From the NCBI GenBank assembly GCA_964535955.1, contig CAZHVK010000008.1, positions 52,435 to 72,434 on the forward strand: a stretch of DNA of 20,000 nt, read 5' to 3'. The translations under genes and the position numbers were made by a program. Origin of the DNA: an uncultured Methanosarcinales archaeon (GTDB lineage Archaea; Nanobdellota; Nanobdellia; Woesearchaeales; CAXGTL01). The first letter of the stretch is position 1; each line of letters opens with the position of its first letter. The notes under the pieces were generated by a model. It was not told the DNA's origin. It made no database searches and saw only the letters and a program-made list of their open reading frames with translations. Shown piece after piece: positions 7,520 through 16,343 of the stretch.

Positions 7520-9382
7520 ATGAACAATCTTCTATTCCCATACAAAAAAATAAGACCAATACAAACTGATTTGATAAAAGATATCAGACATTGTATTGAA
7601 AATAAGTCTCATGCTATTCTACATGCACCTACTGGATTGGGTAAGACAATTGCTTCACTTGCACCAACATTAAAATATGCAATTGATAATGATCTTACAA
7701 TCTTTTTTTTGACTTCTAGACATACACAGCATTTGATTGCTTTAGAAACACTGAAATTGATAAAAGAAAAGTTTGATGAAAAGATTGTGTCTGTTGATAT
7801 TATCGGAAAAAAGCATATGTGTCTGCAGCCTGGTATGCAGATGTTTAGTTCATTTGAGTTTTCAGAATATTGTAAAAAATTGCGTGAAGATAACACATGT
7901 GATTTTTATAAAAATATAAAAGTAAAAAATCAAGTCACAAAACAATGTAAGATTTTATTAGATCAATTAACACCACAATTACCATTGCATGTTGAAGATA
8001 TGATGAAAGAATGTGATAAATGTAATGCATGTCCTTATGAAATTACTATTGAACTTGGAAAAAAAGCAAATATAATAATCTGTGATTATTATTATATATT
8101 TAGTCCAAGTATTGCAAAAACATTTTTTATGAAAACAAATAAAAGTTTTGAAAAATCAATTGTAATTGTTGATGAAGCGCACAATCTTCCTTTTAGGATC
8201 AGAGATCTGTTGACAAAAAGATTAACAACAATCATGTTAAGAAGATCAATTTTCGAAGCAAGGAAGTTTGGTTATGATGAAACTGTTCAGATGCTTGATA
8301 TGTTGAAAGATATTCTTGATAATTATAGTGATAGGTTGAAAAAGGATGATGAGCTTTTAGTTGAACGAGATGAATTTATAAAAAAAGTTGAATTGACAAT
8401 TGAATTTGATCAATTGATAGCTGATCTGGAATTTATTGCATCTGATATAAGAGAAAAACAAAAACGAAGTTATATTGGTGGGGTTGCTGATTTTTTGCAA
8501 AAATGGAGTGGTGGTGATGAAGGTTTTGCAAGGATTGTTAGTAAAATAAAGTCTAGGAAGTTTGGTGAGATTACAAGTATTTCTTATCGTTGTCTTGATC
8601 CTAGTCTAGTAACTTCTGATGTGATTGACAAAACATATTCAACAATTTTAATGTCAGGAACATTGACACCAACTTCTATGTATCGTGATCTTTTGGGTTT
8701 TCCTGAAAACACTTTTGAACGTGTTTACAAAAGTCCTTTTCCTACAGAGAATAAATTAAGTTTAATTATTCCTAAGACCACAACAAAATTTACAATGAGA
8801 AATGAAAAAATGTATGAAGAGATTGGTAAAGTCTGTGCAGAAGTTGTTAATATTGTGCCAGGTAATTGTGTTGTGTTTTTCCCCTCGTACTACCTACGAA
8901 ATGAAGTCAATAAGTTTTTTACTAATGTTTGTAAAAAGACCACATTTATGGAAGAATCAGATTTAACAAAAACAGAAAAACAAGAATTGCTTGAGAAGTT
9001 TAAAGAATATAAAGATGTGGGTGCTGTTCTGTTAGGTGTGATGGGTGCTAATTTTGCAGAAGGTATTGACTTGCCAGGTGATCTATTAAAATGTGTTGTT
9101 GTTGTTGGTCTGCCATTACGAAGACCTGATCTAGAAACTAGGGAATTGATTAAGTATTTTGATGACAAGTTTCAAAAAGGATGGGATTATGGTTATTTGT
9201 TTCCTGCTATGAATAAATGTTTTCAGTCAACTGGCAGGTGTATTCGTTCTGAGACTGATCGGGGAGTAGTTGTTTATCTAGATGCTAGGTATAAATGGCA
9301 GAATTATTATAGATGTTTTCAAGAACAAGTTCAGACAAGTGAAGATTATGTTAGGTTGATTAAGGAGTTTTTTGGTGAATGA
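7520..9382 (+). CDS. xpd: XPD/Rad3/DinG-family Fe-S ATP-dependent DNA helicase
   Basis: Q motif RPIQ, Walker A APTGLGKT, Fe-S cysteines (HMC, YCK, TCD, ACPY), DEAHN, SGTL, AEGIDL, QSTGRCIRSETDRG. Confidence 0.93.
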   Translation: MNNLLFPYKKIRPIQTDLIKDIRHCIENKSHAILHAPTGLGKTIASLAPTLKYAIDNDLTIFFLTSRHTQHLIALETLKLIKEKFDEKIVSVDIIGKKHMCLQPGMQMFSSFEFSEYCKKLREDNTCDFYKNIKVKNQVTKQCKILLDQLTPQLPLHVEDMMKECDKCNACPYEITIELGKKANIIICDYYYIFSPSIAKTFFMKTNKSFEKSIVIVDEAHNLPFRIRDLLTKRLTTIMLRRSIFEARKFGYDETVQMLDMLKDILDNYSDRLKKDDELLVERDEFIKKVELTIEFDQLIADLEFIASDIREKQKRSYIGGVADFLQKWSGGDEGFARIVSKIKSRKFGEITSISYRCLDPSLVTSDVIDKTYSTILMSGTLTPTSMYRDLLGFPENTFERVYKSPFPTENKLSLIIPKTTTKFTMRNEKMYEEIGKVCAEVVNIVPGNCVVFFPSYYLRNEVNKFFTNVCKKTTFMEESDLTKTEKQELLEKFKEYKDVGAVLLGVMGANFAEGIDLPGDLLKCVVVVGLPLRRPDLETRELIKYFDDKFQKGWDYGYLFPAMNKCFQSTGRCIRSETDRGVVVYLDARYKWQNYYRCFQEQVQTSEDYVRLIKEFFGE

Positions 9383-9443
9383 ATTCTTTACCATATTGAA
9401 AACAAAGGTCATATTTAAATATTAGGTTGTTTTTCTATATATT

Positions 9444-9713
9444 ATGGGATTTGATGAATATAATTTTGATAATGTTGTTGATGATCTTAGATACAATATA
9501 CAAGAATGCATAGATTATTATAGAAATACTGATAATGATAAACCTAAGAATTATACTACTTTTATGTTATTTTTACAAATTTTAAAACACGAACATGGTG
9601 TAGAAGATCCAAGTAATGTGGAAATAATGAATTCTTTTAAAAAAAAACCTTGTAAAACTAAAGAAAAACAAGCTTTGCAAGACAATGTAATAGATTTGTC
9701 AGAATACTTATAA
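9444..9713 (+). CDS. Hypothetical protein, 89 aa
   Basis: ORF with TTTAAATA box ~22 nt upstream and a hairpin downstream; no family recognised. Confidence 0.6.
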   Translation: MGFDEYNFDNVVDDLRYNIQECIDYYRNTDNDKPKNYTTFMLFLQILKHEHGVEDPSNVEIMNSFKKKPCKTKEKQALQDNVIDLSEYL

Positions 9714-9729
9714 AGTATTCTGAGCATGA

Positions 9730-9750
9730 TCAAGAATCTGCGATTCTTGA
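9730..9750 (+). terminator. Perfect 9-bp hairpin downstream of the 89-aa ORF (terminator-like or binding site)
   Basis: tcaagaatc-tgc-gattcttga; no following U-tract, so the function is uncertain. Confidence 0.35.
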
Positions 9751-9908
9751 CATAACTTCTAGATTAAAGCAATAAAGTTTCATACTTTTGAAAAGTGGTG
9801 ACTATTAAATTCTTAACTTATATGTTCTGTATGTGACAATATACTGTTTTGTATACTAAATTACAAATATACACTTTCGTAACATTTATATACTAGTATA
9901 ACATAAAA

Positions 9909-10376
9909 GAATGTATAACAAATGATCATTAACAAAGCTAATGATTGTTAACATTCATAAAAAAGGGGCTCTGTTTATAATTCTAATAATACCACCCCTC
10001 ACACTCATATAACTCGAGCCCCTTATTATTTTCACATAATCATTAATTCATATAGGCGAAGAAAAAAGTAATAAGTTGTTCATTAATGCAGATCAGGAAT
10101 ATGAACAATGAAACGAGTTGAATCTGACCTGAAACCAAAAAGCTACTTAGACCAGCTCTTTACTTGATAGGACCTTGGAGAAAAAAGAGGTGTAAAATAA
10201 ATTAGTATGAGGTGATGCAATAGTAACTTTGATGACTAAATGCTTTTTTTGGGCAAGGCATTTATGAAAAGTAGTTAATTAACATTTTAATTGCCCTATA
10301 TTTTTTTTTAACCTGGGTGAGTATAAGTTTGACTTGGTGCTGGGCTGTTACCTTGTAAACTTCACAAAAACTCACC
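9909..10376 (+). ncRNA. Candidate structured RNA or long leader made of consecutive hairpins; no known family recognised
   Basis: No long ORF. Stems: 9909-9956 (gaatgt/acattc, taaca/tgtta, atcatta/taatgat), 9963-10024 (aaggggctc/gagcccctt), 10076-10108 (ttgttcat/atgaacaa), 10156-10189 (ctcttt/aaagag), 10237-10264 (taaatgcttt/aaggcattta), 10316-10376 (ggtgagt/actcacc, aagttt/aaactt). BRE-TATA cgtaaca-TTTATATA with TATA at 9885-9892. Confidence 0.55.
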
Positions 10377-10408
10377 AAATATTTTTTTTAAAAACAAAAA
10401 CAAGAAAA

Positions 10409-10543
10409 ATGGAAGACACTGTATTTGGATCAATAATATTTAGCACAAATCTTATCTTAATAGTTCTGAGTTTATTCATAACAATGCATTATACTAAGAA
10501 TTACAAATTACTAAAAGAAATAAAAGAGGTGATTACAATCTAA
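10409..10543 (+). CDS. Small single-pass membrane peptide, 44 aa
   Basis: MEDTVFGSIIFSTNLILIVLSLFITMHYTKNYKLLKEIKEVITI: ~20-aa hydrophobic helix followed by a basic tail. ATG at 10409 preferred over TTG at 10334, which lies inside a hairpin. Confidence 0.5.
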   Translation: MEDTVFGSIIFSTNLILIVLSLFITMHYTKNYKLLKEIKEVITI

Positions 10544-10756
10544 AGAATGAATTTTTGATCGAACTAATTGTTTTAAGGACACAAAAGGTTGATTTCTTTA
10601 ATCTGTTTTATATAGGTTAATCTAATTTTCTTACAAGTTCTTCAATACAATAAACAAAAATAATACATGAATACATAAAATTTTAAGTATTCTGTCTAAT
10701 TCTGAGATTTAATAAATTAGCAAAGATTTATAAACATTACACAAAAACAAAATAAC

Positions 10757-11782
10757 ATGTTAACAAAACAAGATTATGATGATATAAGAAAAGAATTAGA
10801 CAATTGTCATCACCCTGTATATTTTTATGATGATGATGCAGATGGTTTATCTAGTTTCTTATTATTCTATAGATATGTAAGAGAAGGCAAAGGTATTATT
10901 CTTAAAACACATCCAAATGTGGATATGAAATTCATTGATAAAGTCAAATATTATTTTCCTGATAAAATATTTATACTAGATATTGTAAGAACTGAACAAG
11001 AATTTATTGATAAAGTAAAAACACCGATTATATGGATTGATCATCATGGTCCTATTGAAAGAAGAGGTGTAAAATATTATAATCCTTTGTTAAAAGAACC
11101 TAAGAAAAACATGCCTACTTCTTATTTATGTTATAAAGTTGTTCAACAAGATCTGTGGATTGCAATGGTTGGTATTGTAGGAGATTGGACATTGCCAAAA
11201 GATTTAGGTGAAAAGTTCTCTGAAAAATATCCTGATCTGCTTCCACCTAATGTGACTGACCCGGGTGTAGCAATGTTTGAAACTAAACTTGGCACACTTA
11301 TACAAATTTATGAGTTTTGTATGAAAGGAAAAACATCTGAAGTAAAGAAATTCATAAAGATATTGACAAGAATTAATGATCCTTATGAAATTTTGCAAGG
11401 CAAGACACCAAGAACTAAATTGATTATGAGGCATTATAAGAAGATTAAAAAAGAATTTGATTCATTGAAAAAAGAGATTAAGGTTGATAAATCATCACCA
11501 TTAGTTGTGTTTCAATATCATGTTAATAGAATGAGTCTATCTGGTGAACTTTCTAATTATGTATTATACAAATATCCTAAAAAGCTTACAATAATTGCGC
11601 GTGAGAAAGGTGGTGAAATGAAATGTTCTTTAAGATCACACAAGTATAATGTAAGAGAGATTATGGCAAAAGCTTTGATTGGTGTTGAAGGTTTTGGTGG
11701 TGGACATATAGAAGCATGTGGTGGTGTGATTAAGAAGTATGATTGGGATAAGTTCTTGGATAAGGTTAGGGAACAATTATAG
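10757..11782 (+). CDS. DHH/DHHA1-family phosphoesterase (RecJ/NrnA-like nuclease)
   Basis: DDDADG, ILD, IDHH, GIVGD, SLRS, GGGH motifs; TATA box 22 nt upstream. Confidence 0.92.
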   Translation: MLTKQDYDDIRKELDNCHHPVYFYDDDADGLSSFLLFYRYVREGKGIILKTHPNVDMKFIDKVKYYFPDKIFILDIVRTEQEFIDKVKTPIIWIDHHGPIERRGVKYYNPLLKEPKKNMPTSYLCYKVVQQDLWIAMVGIVGDWTLPKDLGEKFSEKYPDLLPPNVTDPGVAMFETKLGTLIQIYEFCMKGKTSEVKKFIKILTRINDPYEILQGKTPRTKLIMRHYKKIKKEFDSLKKEIKVDKSSPLVVFQYHVNRMSLSGELSNYVLYKYPKKLTIIAREKGGEMKCSLRSHKYNVREIMAKALIGVEGFGGGHIEACGGVIKKYDWDKFLDKVREQL

Positions 11783-11836
11783 TAAACTAATATACAATTA
11801 GCAACATTTATATACTTGCTAGTATTTAATGTTCTT

Positions 11837-12226
11837 ATGGTTATACTTTTTGATCAATTTAATATGCCTGAAGATGTTTTTGAGATAATCTTTTCTACAG
11901 AACAACAAGTTATAGTTGCAAAAGAACTAATCAAATATATGAAAGAGAATGAAGGTGAAATTAATAAAACAGAGATGAGTGTGTTTGCAACACAATTACA
12001 TGAAGGTGGATGGGTTACTGAGCTTGATAAGCCTGGGTATAAAGGCAAAAAGGTTAAGTTAAGTTATAATAAACGTCAGTTTTATGATAGAATTCTAACG
12101 CCAATGAAAGGTATGGGTATAGTAGATTATGATATTTATAAAAAAACCTATAGAATAAGTAATAAGTTTGAAAAAAACATGACACACATAGGAACTTTAT
12201 GGCGAATTAAATCAAGAATGGATTGA
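11837..12226 (+). CDS. Hypothetical protein, probable winged-helix fold, 129 aa
   Basis: ATG at 11837 (MVILFDQF...) lies ~22 nt after TTTATATA; SYNKRQFYDRILTPMKGMGIVDYD...TYRIS looks like a recognition helix plus wing. Confidence 0.75.
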   Translation: MVILFDQFNMPEDVFEIIFSTEQQVIVAKELIKYMKENEGEINKTEMSVFATQLHEGGWVTELDKPGYKGKKVKLSYNKRQFYDRILTPMKGMGIVDYDIYKKTYRISNKFEKNMTHIGTLWRIKSRMD

Positions 12227-12454
12227 TTGATAAGTTTAATTAAAATGTGATGAAGATTGGTTTGTTGTGGTTAAGACTGTTTAGGTGAATGCCAACCAAG
12301 TTCGAATAAGTGTTAGTGTGGAAGAAAGCTCAAGTTTTGTTGCGGTTATACTTGTATAATTTAGCATATTAACTGATTGTTTTCATAACGCTGTTGTCAG
12401 CATTACCTTGCTATCACTTGCGAAGGTCTTGGGATTGGTGTTGAGGTAAAGATT

Positions 12455-12676
12455 ATGAAAGAAAAAAGCTTATGTACAGCATTATGTGAAGCTATTAGTA
12501 AATGTCGTTTTAGGATTTCAGAAGAAGAACTTAGAAAAAGGACTTCAGAGGAAAACAGTGAGTATGATAATAGAAGGTGTGAACCATTTTTAAGAATAAG
12601 GGATAAAGAAGAGTTTGAAGATGACATTGGTCAGTATATGATGGAATGTAGTGTTGAGGATTATTTAAGAGCTTAA
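12455..12676 (+). CDS. Hypothetical protein, 73 aa
   Basis: GAGGT Shine-Dalgarno at 12443-12447; acidic with scattered Cys; no family recognised. Confidence 0.65.
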   Translation: MKEKSLCTALCEAISKCRFRISEEELRKRTSEENSEYDNRRCEPFLRIRDKEEFEDDIGQYMMECSVEDYLRA

Positions 12677-12709
12677 GTATGGTTGAATTATAAAAAAAGA
12701 GGTAATAAT

Positions 12710-13396
12710 ATGATTAAGTTGATAATATTCGACTTTGACGGAACCTTAATAGATTCTAAAAAAGCAAACTTAGCTGTTGCTAGGTTTACATTAAAACATT
12801 TTAATCAGATGTATAAAGGAAAAGATATGAGTCTGTGGCATAAGTTAGCAACAAAAGAAAGTATCAAATCTTTTTTTCCAATATTCAAGAGAAAAAGAGC
12901 ATTTAAATTTATACAAAATCATAGAAAGGATTTCTTTCACCTAATGAGATTGAATAAGAATGTTATGTATATTCTTAAGTATTTGAAGAAAAAAAAATAT
13001 AAGATGGCAATTGCAACAAACAGAGCAAAAACAACTTATGATTTAGTAGAGCAGTTTAAATTAGGTAAATACTTTGATTTCATAGCAACTGCTGGTATGA
13101 TAAGAAAACATAAACCATGGCCGCATCAGATTAATTATGTTATTAGGAAGATGAATAAGATAATGAGAAAGGGCAGGGGTAAGAAAAAAAGAGTAGGAAA
13201 AAATAAAAAGAAGGAAATAAAAGTAAAAATAAGAAAGGATGAAGTTCTCTATATAGGTGATTCATTTACTGATTCTATAGCTGCTCACAGAGCTAAAGTC
13301 AAGTGCGTTATATATAAGAATAATAGGTTAAAAGCTGATTATCATATTATGAATTTTAAGAAGTTGAAGAAGATATTGAAAGAATTGGATAAGTAA
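12710..13396 (+). CDS. HAD-superfamily hydrolase (phosphoglycolate phosphatase-like), unusually basic
   Basis: IIFDFDGTLIDS, IATN, KPWP, YIGDSFTD motifs; GAGGT SD before ATG 12710. Confidence 0.9.
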   Translation: MIKLIIFDFDGTLIDSKKANLAVARFTLKHFNQMYKGKDMSLWHKLATKESIKSFFPIFKRKRAFKFIQNHRKDFFHLMRLNKNVMYILKYLKKKKYKMAIATNRAKTTYDLVEQFKLGKYFDFIATAGMIRKHKPWPHQINYVIRKMNKIMRKGRGKKKRVGKNKKKEIKVKIRKDEVLYIGDSFTDSIAAHRAKVKCVIYKNNRLKADYHIMNFKKLKKILKELDK

Positions 13397-13421
13397 TTCT
13401 TATTGAATTGATTTTGATTCA

Positions 13422-14015
13422 TTAAAGAGATAATTTTCTAACCAATATTTCTGCATATTCTTCATCATTCTCCTTTATTATCTGTAAATACTTCTTGCCT
13501 AATTCAATACTCTTTTCACAATCAGAATTACAAGGAAAATGGCTTAATAAAACATAGTCTTGTTCTCTTTTTGATAAATTAGTATAAGGATTAGTTGGTT
13601 TTTGTTCTGGATTTGGGTTTTGTTCTGAAAAATGATTGCAAAAGTAATCAACACAGCATTCTGGGTAGCCTAAGATTAAGCCCAAGTTCTTATGATCTTG
13701 TGTAATCTCATAATAAGATGCTAAGTATGCTGATTTTTTATCTAATGATAAGTATACAAAGTACATGCCATCAACATTATCTTCACCAACTCTCATGCCC
13801 TTGTTGGAAAAAGGTTCACCCTTATCAGACAATAATACCTTGAACTTTGATTTAACTAGAAATATATTGTTCTTTTCACAAAATTCTATAACTTTACCTA
13901 ACTCAGACTCATAAAACCCTTGTCTAACCACTTTCTTAGCTCCAGACAATAACAATAAGATCTCTTGAGACTTTGTTCTTGTGCTGAATATTGGCTTTAG
14001 GTCATATATATGCAT
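13422..14015 (-). CDS. DUF483-like protein
   Basis: LGLILGYPECCVDYF and SHFPCNSDC motifs, recalled as characteristic of the archaeal DUF483-type family. Confidence 0.7.
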   Translation of the reverse strand: MHIYDLKPIFSTRTKSQEILLLLSGAKKVVRQGFYESELGKVIEFCEKNNIFLVKSKFKVLLSDKGEPFSNKGMRVGEDNVDGMYFVYLSLDKKSAYLASYYEITQDHKNLGLILGYPECCVDYFCNHFSEQNPNPEQKPTNPYTNLSKREQDYVLLSHFPCNSDCEKSIELGKKYLQIIKENDEEYAEILVRKLSL

Positions 14016-14144
14016 ATTTTAATACATTTATAGGAATTATAAATAATTAACTAATTAAAAACAAAAGCTTTTTATACTAGTAATAATCTGTTAAGTTAGA
14101 TTTAGATAGTTATGAATTTAATTAGATAAGGGGGTTGTATTATT

Positions 14145-14435
14145 ATGGTTCAAAGAATAGGGGGACCTAGAAGAAAAACAAGACATAAACTTAAGAAACC
14201 TACTAGAAGAAAAGGTAAAATCAGTTTAACAGAGTTTTTTAAAGAATTGAAAATAGGTCAAAAAGTAATATTAAAAGCAGAGCCAGCATATCAGAAATCA
14301 CTTTATCATGGTAGATTTCATGGAAATGTTGGAGAAATTGTTGGCAAAAAAGGTAAATGTTATTATGTGAAGATTAATGATAAAGGAAAATTAAAAAAAT
14401 TGATAGTACACCCAATACACCTTAAAGTTGTATGA
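14145..14435 (+). CDS. rpl21e: 50S ribosomal protein eL21 (L21e)
   Basis: RRKTRHKLKK..R.KG, HGRFHGNVGEIVGKKGKCYYV, LIVHPIHLK. Confidence 0.96.
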   Translation: MVQRIGGPRRKTRHKLKKPTRRKGKISLTEFFKELKIGQKVILKAEPAYQKSLYHGRFHGNVGEIVGKKGKCYYVKINDKGKLKKLIVHPIHLKVV

Positions 14436-14508
14436 GAAAAGTGGAGTTGAATGAATATGTATACAAATTTTAATTTGTATGCTACGAACAAACAGGAGGG
14501 AAGTGAGT

Positions 14509-14874
14509 ATGAATGTAAAAATATTATCAGAAGATACAATATCTATGATTGAATTAAGAAAAGAGCTTAATAAAATCGAAGAAAAAGACAAAGAATTAAA
14601 CTTTAGAGCAAACAAAACTAAAGATTATTTGAATAATTTTATGGTTTTAGATGAAAAACAAGAAAAAGAACTAATAAAAAAGATAAAAGAATTAAAAATT
14701 CCAAGACTTAAAGAAAAGCATATTATAAAAATATTAGACATATTACCAAAAAAAATAGAAGAATTAAAACCAATATTACAACAATTTATTATTACAATAA
14801 GTAATGATAACTTGAAAAAAATAATTGAAATAGTAAAGTCTGTTGTTCCTAACAATACAAAAAAAAAGAAGTGA
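14509..14874 (+). CDS. rpo4: DNA-directed RNA polymerase subunit F (Rpo4)
   Basis: KILSEDTISMIEL..EL..IE....ELNFRANKTKDYL, IIKILDILP; conserved position between rpl21e and DUF655; GGAGG SD before ATG 14509. Confidence 0.9.
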   Translation: MNVKILSEDTISMIELRKELNKIEEKDKELNFRANKTKDYLNNFMVLDEKQEKELIKKIKELKIPRLKEKHIIKILDILPKKIEELKPILQQFIITISNDNLKKIIEIVKSVVPNNTKKKK

Positions 14875-14881
14875 GGTAAAT

Positions 14882-15442
14882 ATGGAAGGAAGATCTAAAG
14901 AGGAAGTTGCAATTGTTTTGGATTTTTTGCCAAATGGATACCCATTTGATAAAAGACCAAGTCATAGAAAAACCGCAATAGCGCAAGCTCTGGGTAAAGA
15001 ACATTTTGTTTTATTAGAATTAGTTCCTAAAAAAGATGTTTTTCTACAGCCTTATGAAGAAGTTTATATTGGTGAAGGAAAAAGAGACAAAATTCATCAT
15101 ATTATTGGAAAATTGTCTATTGAAAAACTAACAAAAACAGGAACATCAGAATTAGAGTTTGTTATAAAAGATCTTGTTAAGAAAAATGAAAACAAGTTTG
15201 TTGATTATTTTAACAAATCGCGACCTTTAACAACAAGAATGCACCAGCTTGAATTACTACCTGGATTAGGTAAGAAGCATATGTGGCAAATACTTGAGGA
15301 AAGAAAAGAAAAACCGTTTGAATCATTTAAAGAGATTAAAAAAAGAATAAAATTAATGCCTGACCCTGAAAAAATAATAATAAAAAGAATTATTTCTGAA
15401 ATAAAAGGTAAAGAAAAACACAGAGTTTTTGTTGATATGTAA
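14882..15442 (+). CDS. DUF655 putative nucleic-acid-binding HhH protein
   Basis: EEVAIVLDFLPNG, AQALGKEHFVLLEL, VYIGEGKRDKI, TTRMHQLELLPGLGKKHM; synteny with rpl21e-rpo4; GAGGT SD before ATG 14882. Confidence 0.92.
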   Translation: MEGRSKEEVAIVLDFLPNGYPFDKRPSHRKTAIAQALGKEHFVLLELVPKKDVFLQPYEEVYIGEGKRDKIHHIIGKLSIEKLTKTGTSELEFVIKDLVKKNENKFVDYFNKSRPLTTRMHQLELLPGLGKKHMWQILEERKEKPFESFKEIKKRIKLMPDPEKIIIKRIISEIKGKEKHRVFVDM

Positions 15443-15462
15443 AAGTTAAGAGAAAGATATAA

Positions 15463-15618
15463 ATGAAATGTAATATCTGTAAAAACAAGATACAAGAAAC
15501 TTTCTTAAATAAAATAATTGGTACTGTTGTTAAGGATTCTAAAGGTAAAAAACATAGTATTTGCTTTGAATGTCAGAAAAAGTTTAAAAATAAACAAGAT
15601 ATTCTTGATACATTATGA
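15463..15618 (+). CDS. Small C4 zinc-binding protein, 51 aa (below ORF-track cutoff)
   Basis: MKCNICKNKIQETFLNKIIGTVVKDSKGKKHSICFECQKKFKNKQDILDTL with two CxxC pairs; stop overlaps next start (ATGA 15615-15618). Confidence 0.8.
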   Translation: MKCNICKNKIQETFLNKIIGTVVKDSKGKKHSICFECQKKFKNKQDILDTL

Positions 15619-16319
15619 TTGAATTAGACAAAATTAGTTCTTTAGAACAATTATGGAAATATATAGAAAAGATTACAAAAGAAAATTATCCTGATAATGA
15701 ATTACAACCGATATTAGGCGGAGGAAAAGTTAGTTATGATGAATCAAGTGGACCAAAATTCATGATTGTGTTTATAAATCCTACTAAAAGAAATATTAGT
15801 TCTAATCATGAATGGTTAGGTAAGAGGTATCCATTTATTGGAAGAAAAAGACCATGGATTGAGTTTGAGAAAGCTGGATTGGTTGATGATGAAAGGGTTA
15901 TGAATTATATATTGAATAATGAAAATAATTGGAGTTATGAATTTACTGATAAGATGTGTGATTATTTAGCAAGTAAAGATTTATTTGTAACAAATATTGT
16001 GAAAAATACTGGTCAAAATGCAGACCTGCCAAAAGCAGACAAAATTAAATTATATCTTCCTAGTTTTCTTAAAGAAATAGAACTAGTTGATCCCAAATAT
16101 ATAATAACATTTGGTCTTATACCATTTGGAGCTTTGGTTAATGAAAAGATTAAATTAAAAGAATATCATAAAGAAGTTGTTAAAACAGGCAAAGTAAAAC
16201 TCTATTCAATAACAATAAACAATAAAAACTATAAAGTAATACCTTGTCTTTATCCAATTGGAAGAGGTAATCCAAGGCAAGCTGTGGAAATGTTGAAGAT
16301 TATTAAAGAATTGGATTAA
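15615..16319 (+). CDS. Uracil-DNA glycosylase-like superfamily protein, atypical motifs
   Basis: KFMIVFINP, PFIG, LFVTNIVK, LKEIELVDPKYIITFG, VIPCLYP follow the UDG family-4-like fold pattern. Confidence 0.8.
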   Translation: MIELDKISSLEQLWKYIEKITKENYPDNELQPILGGGKVSYDESSGPKFMIVFINPTKRNISSNHEWLGKRYPFIGRKRPWIEFEKAGLVDDERVMNYILNNENNWSYEFTDKMCDYLASKDLFVTNIVKNTGQNADLPKADKIKLYLPSFLKEIELVDPKYIITFGLIPFGALVNEKIKLKEYHKEVVKTGKVKLYSITINNKNYKVIPCLYPIGRGNPRQAVEMLKIIKELD

Positions 16320-16343
16320 TGCCCCACAACAAACAATCACATC

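Noticed and set aside
9747..9776. TTGACA hexamer as a bacterial -35 element for the sigma homologs
   Set aside because: No good -10 element at 16-18 nt spacing; such hexamers arise by chance in AT-rich DNA.
10108..10167. 19-codon ORF MKRVESDLKPKSYLDQLFT inside the hairpin region
   Set aside because: Too short to support without conservation data and overlaps predicted stems.
10209..10240. Fluoride-riboswitch-like words GGTGATG...TGATGAC
   Set aside because: The P1 partner and pseudoknot complementarity are absent, and no crcB-type gene follows.
9900..10380. CRISPR array, RNase P RNA, SRP RNA or integron attC array as explanation for the hairpin region
   Set aside because: No direct repeats, no cas or integrase gene in the window, and no recognisable P4 (GAGGAAAGUCC-like), SRP helix 8 or RYYYAAC/GTTRRRY boxes.
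12247..12300. Box C-like GTGATGA suggesting a C/D guide RNA
   Set aside because: No CTGA D or D' boxes at the expected spacing.
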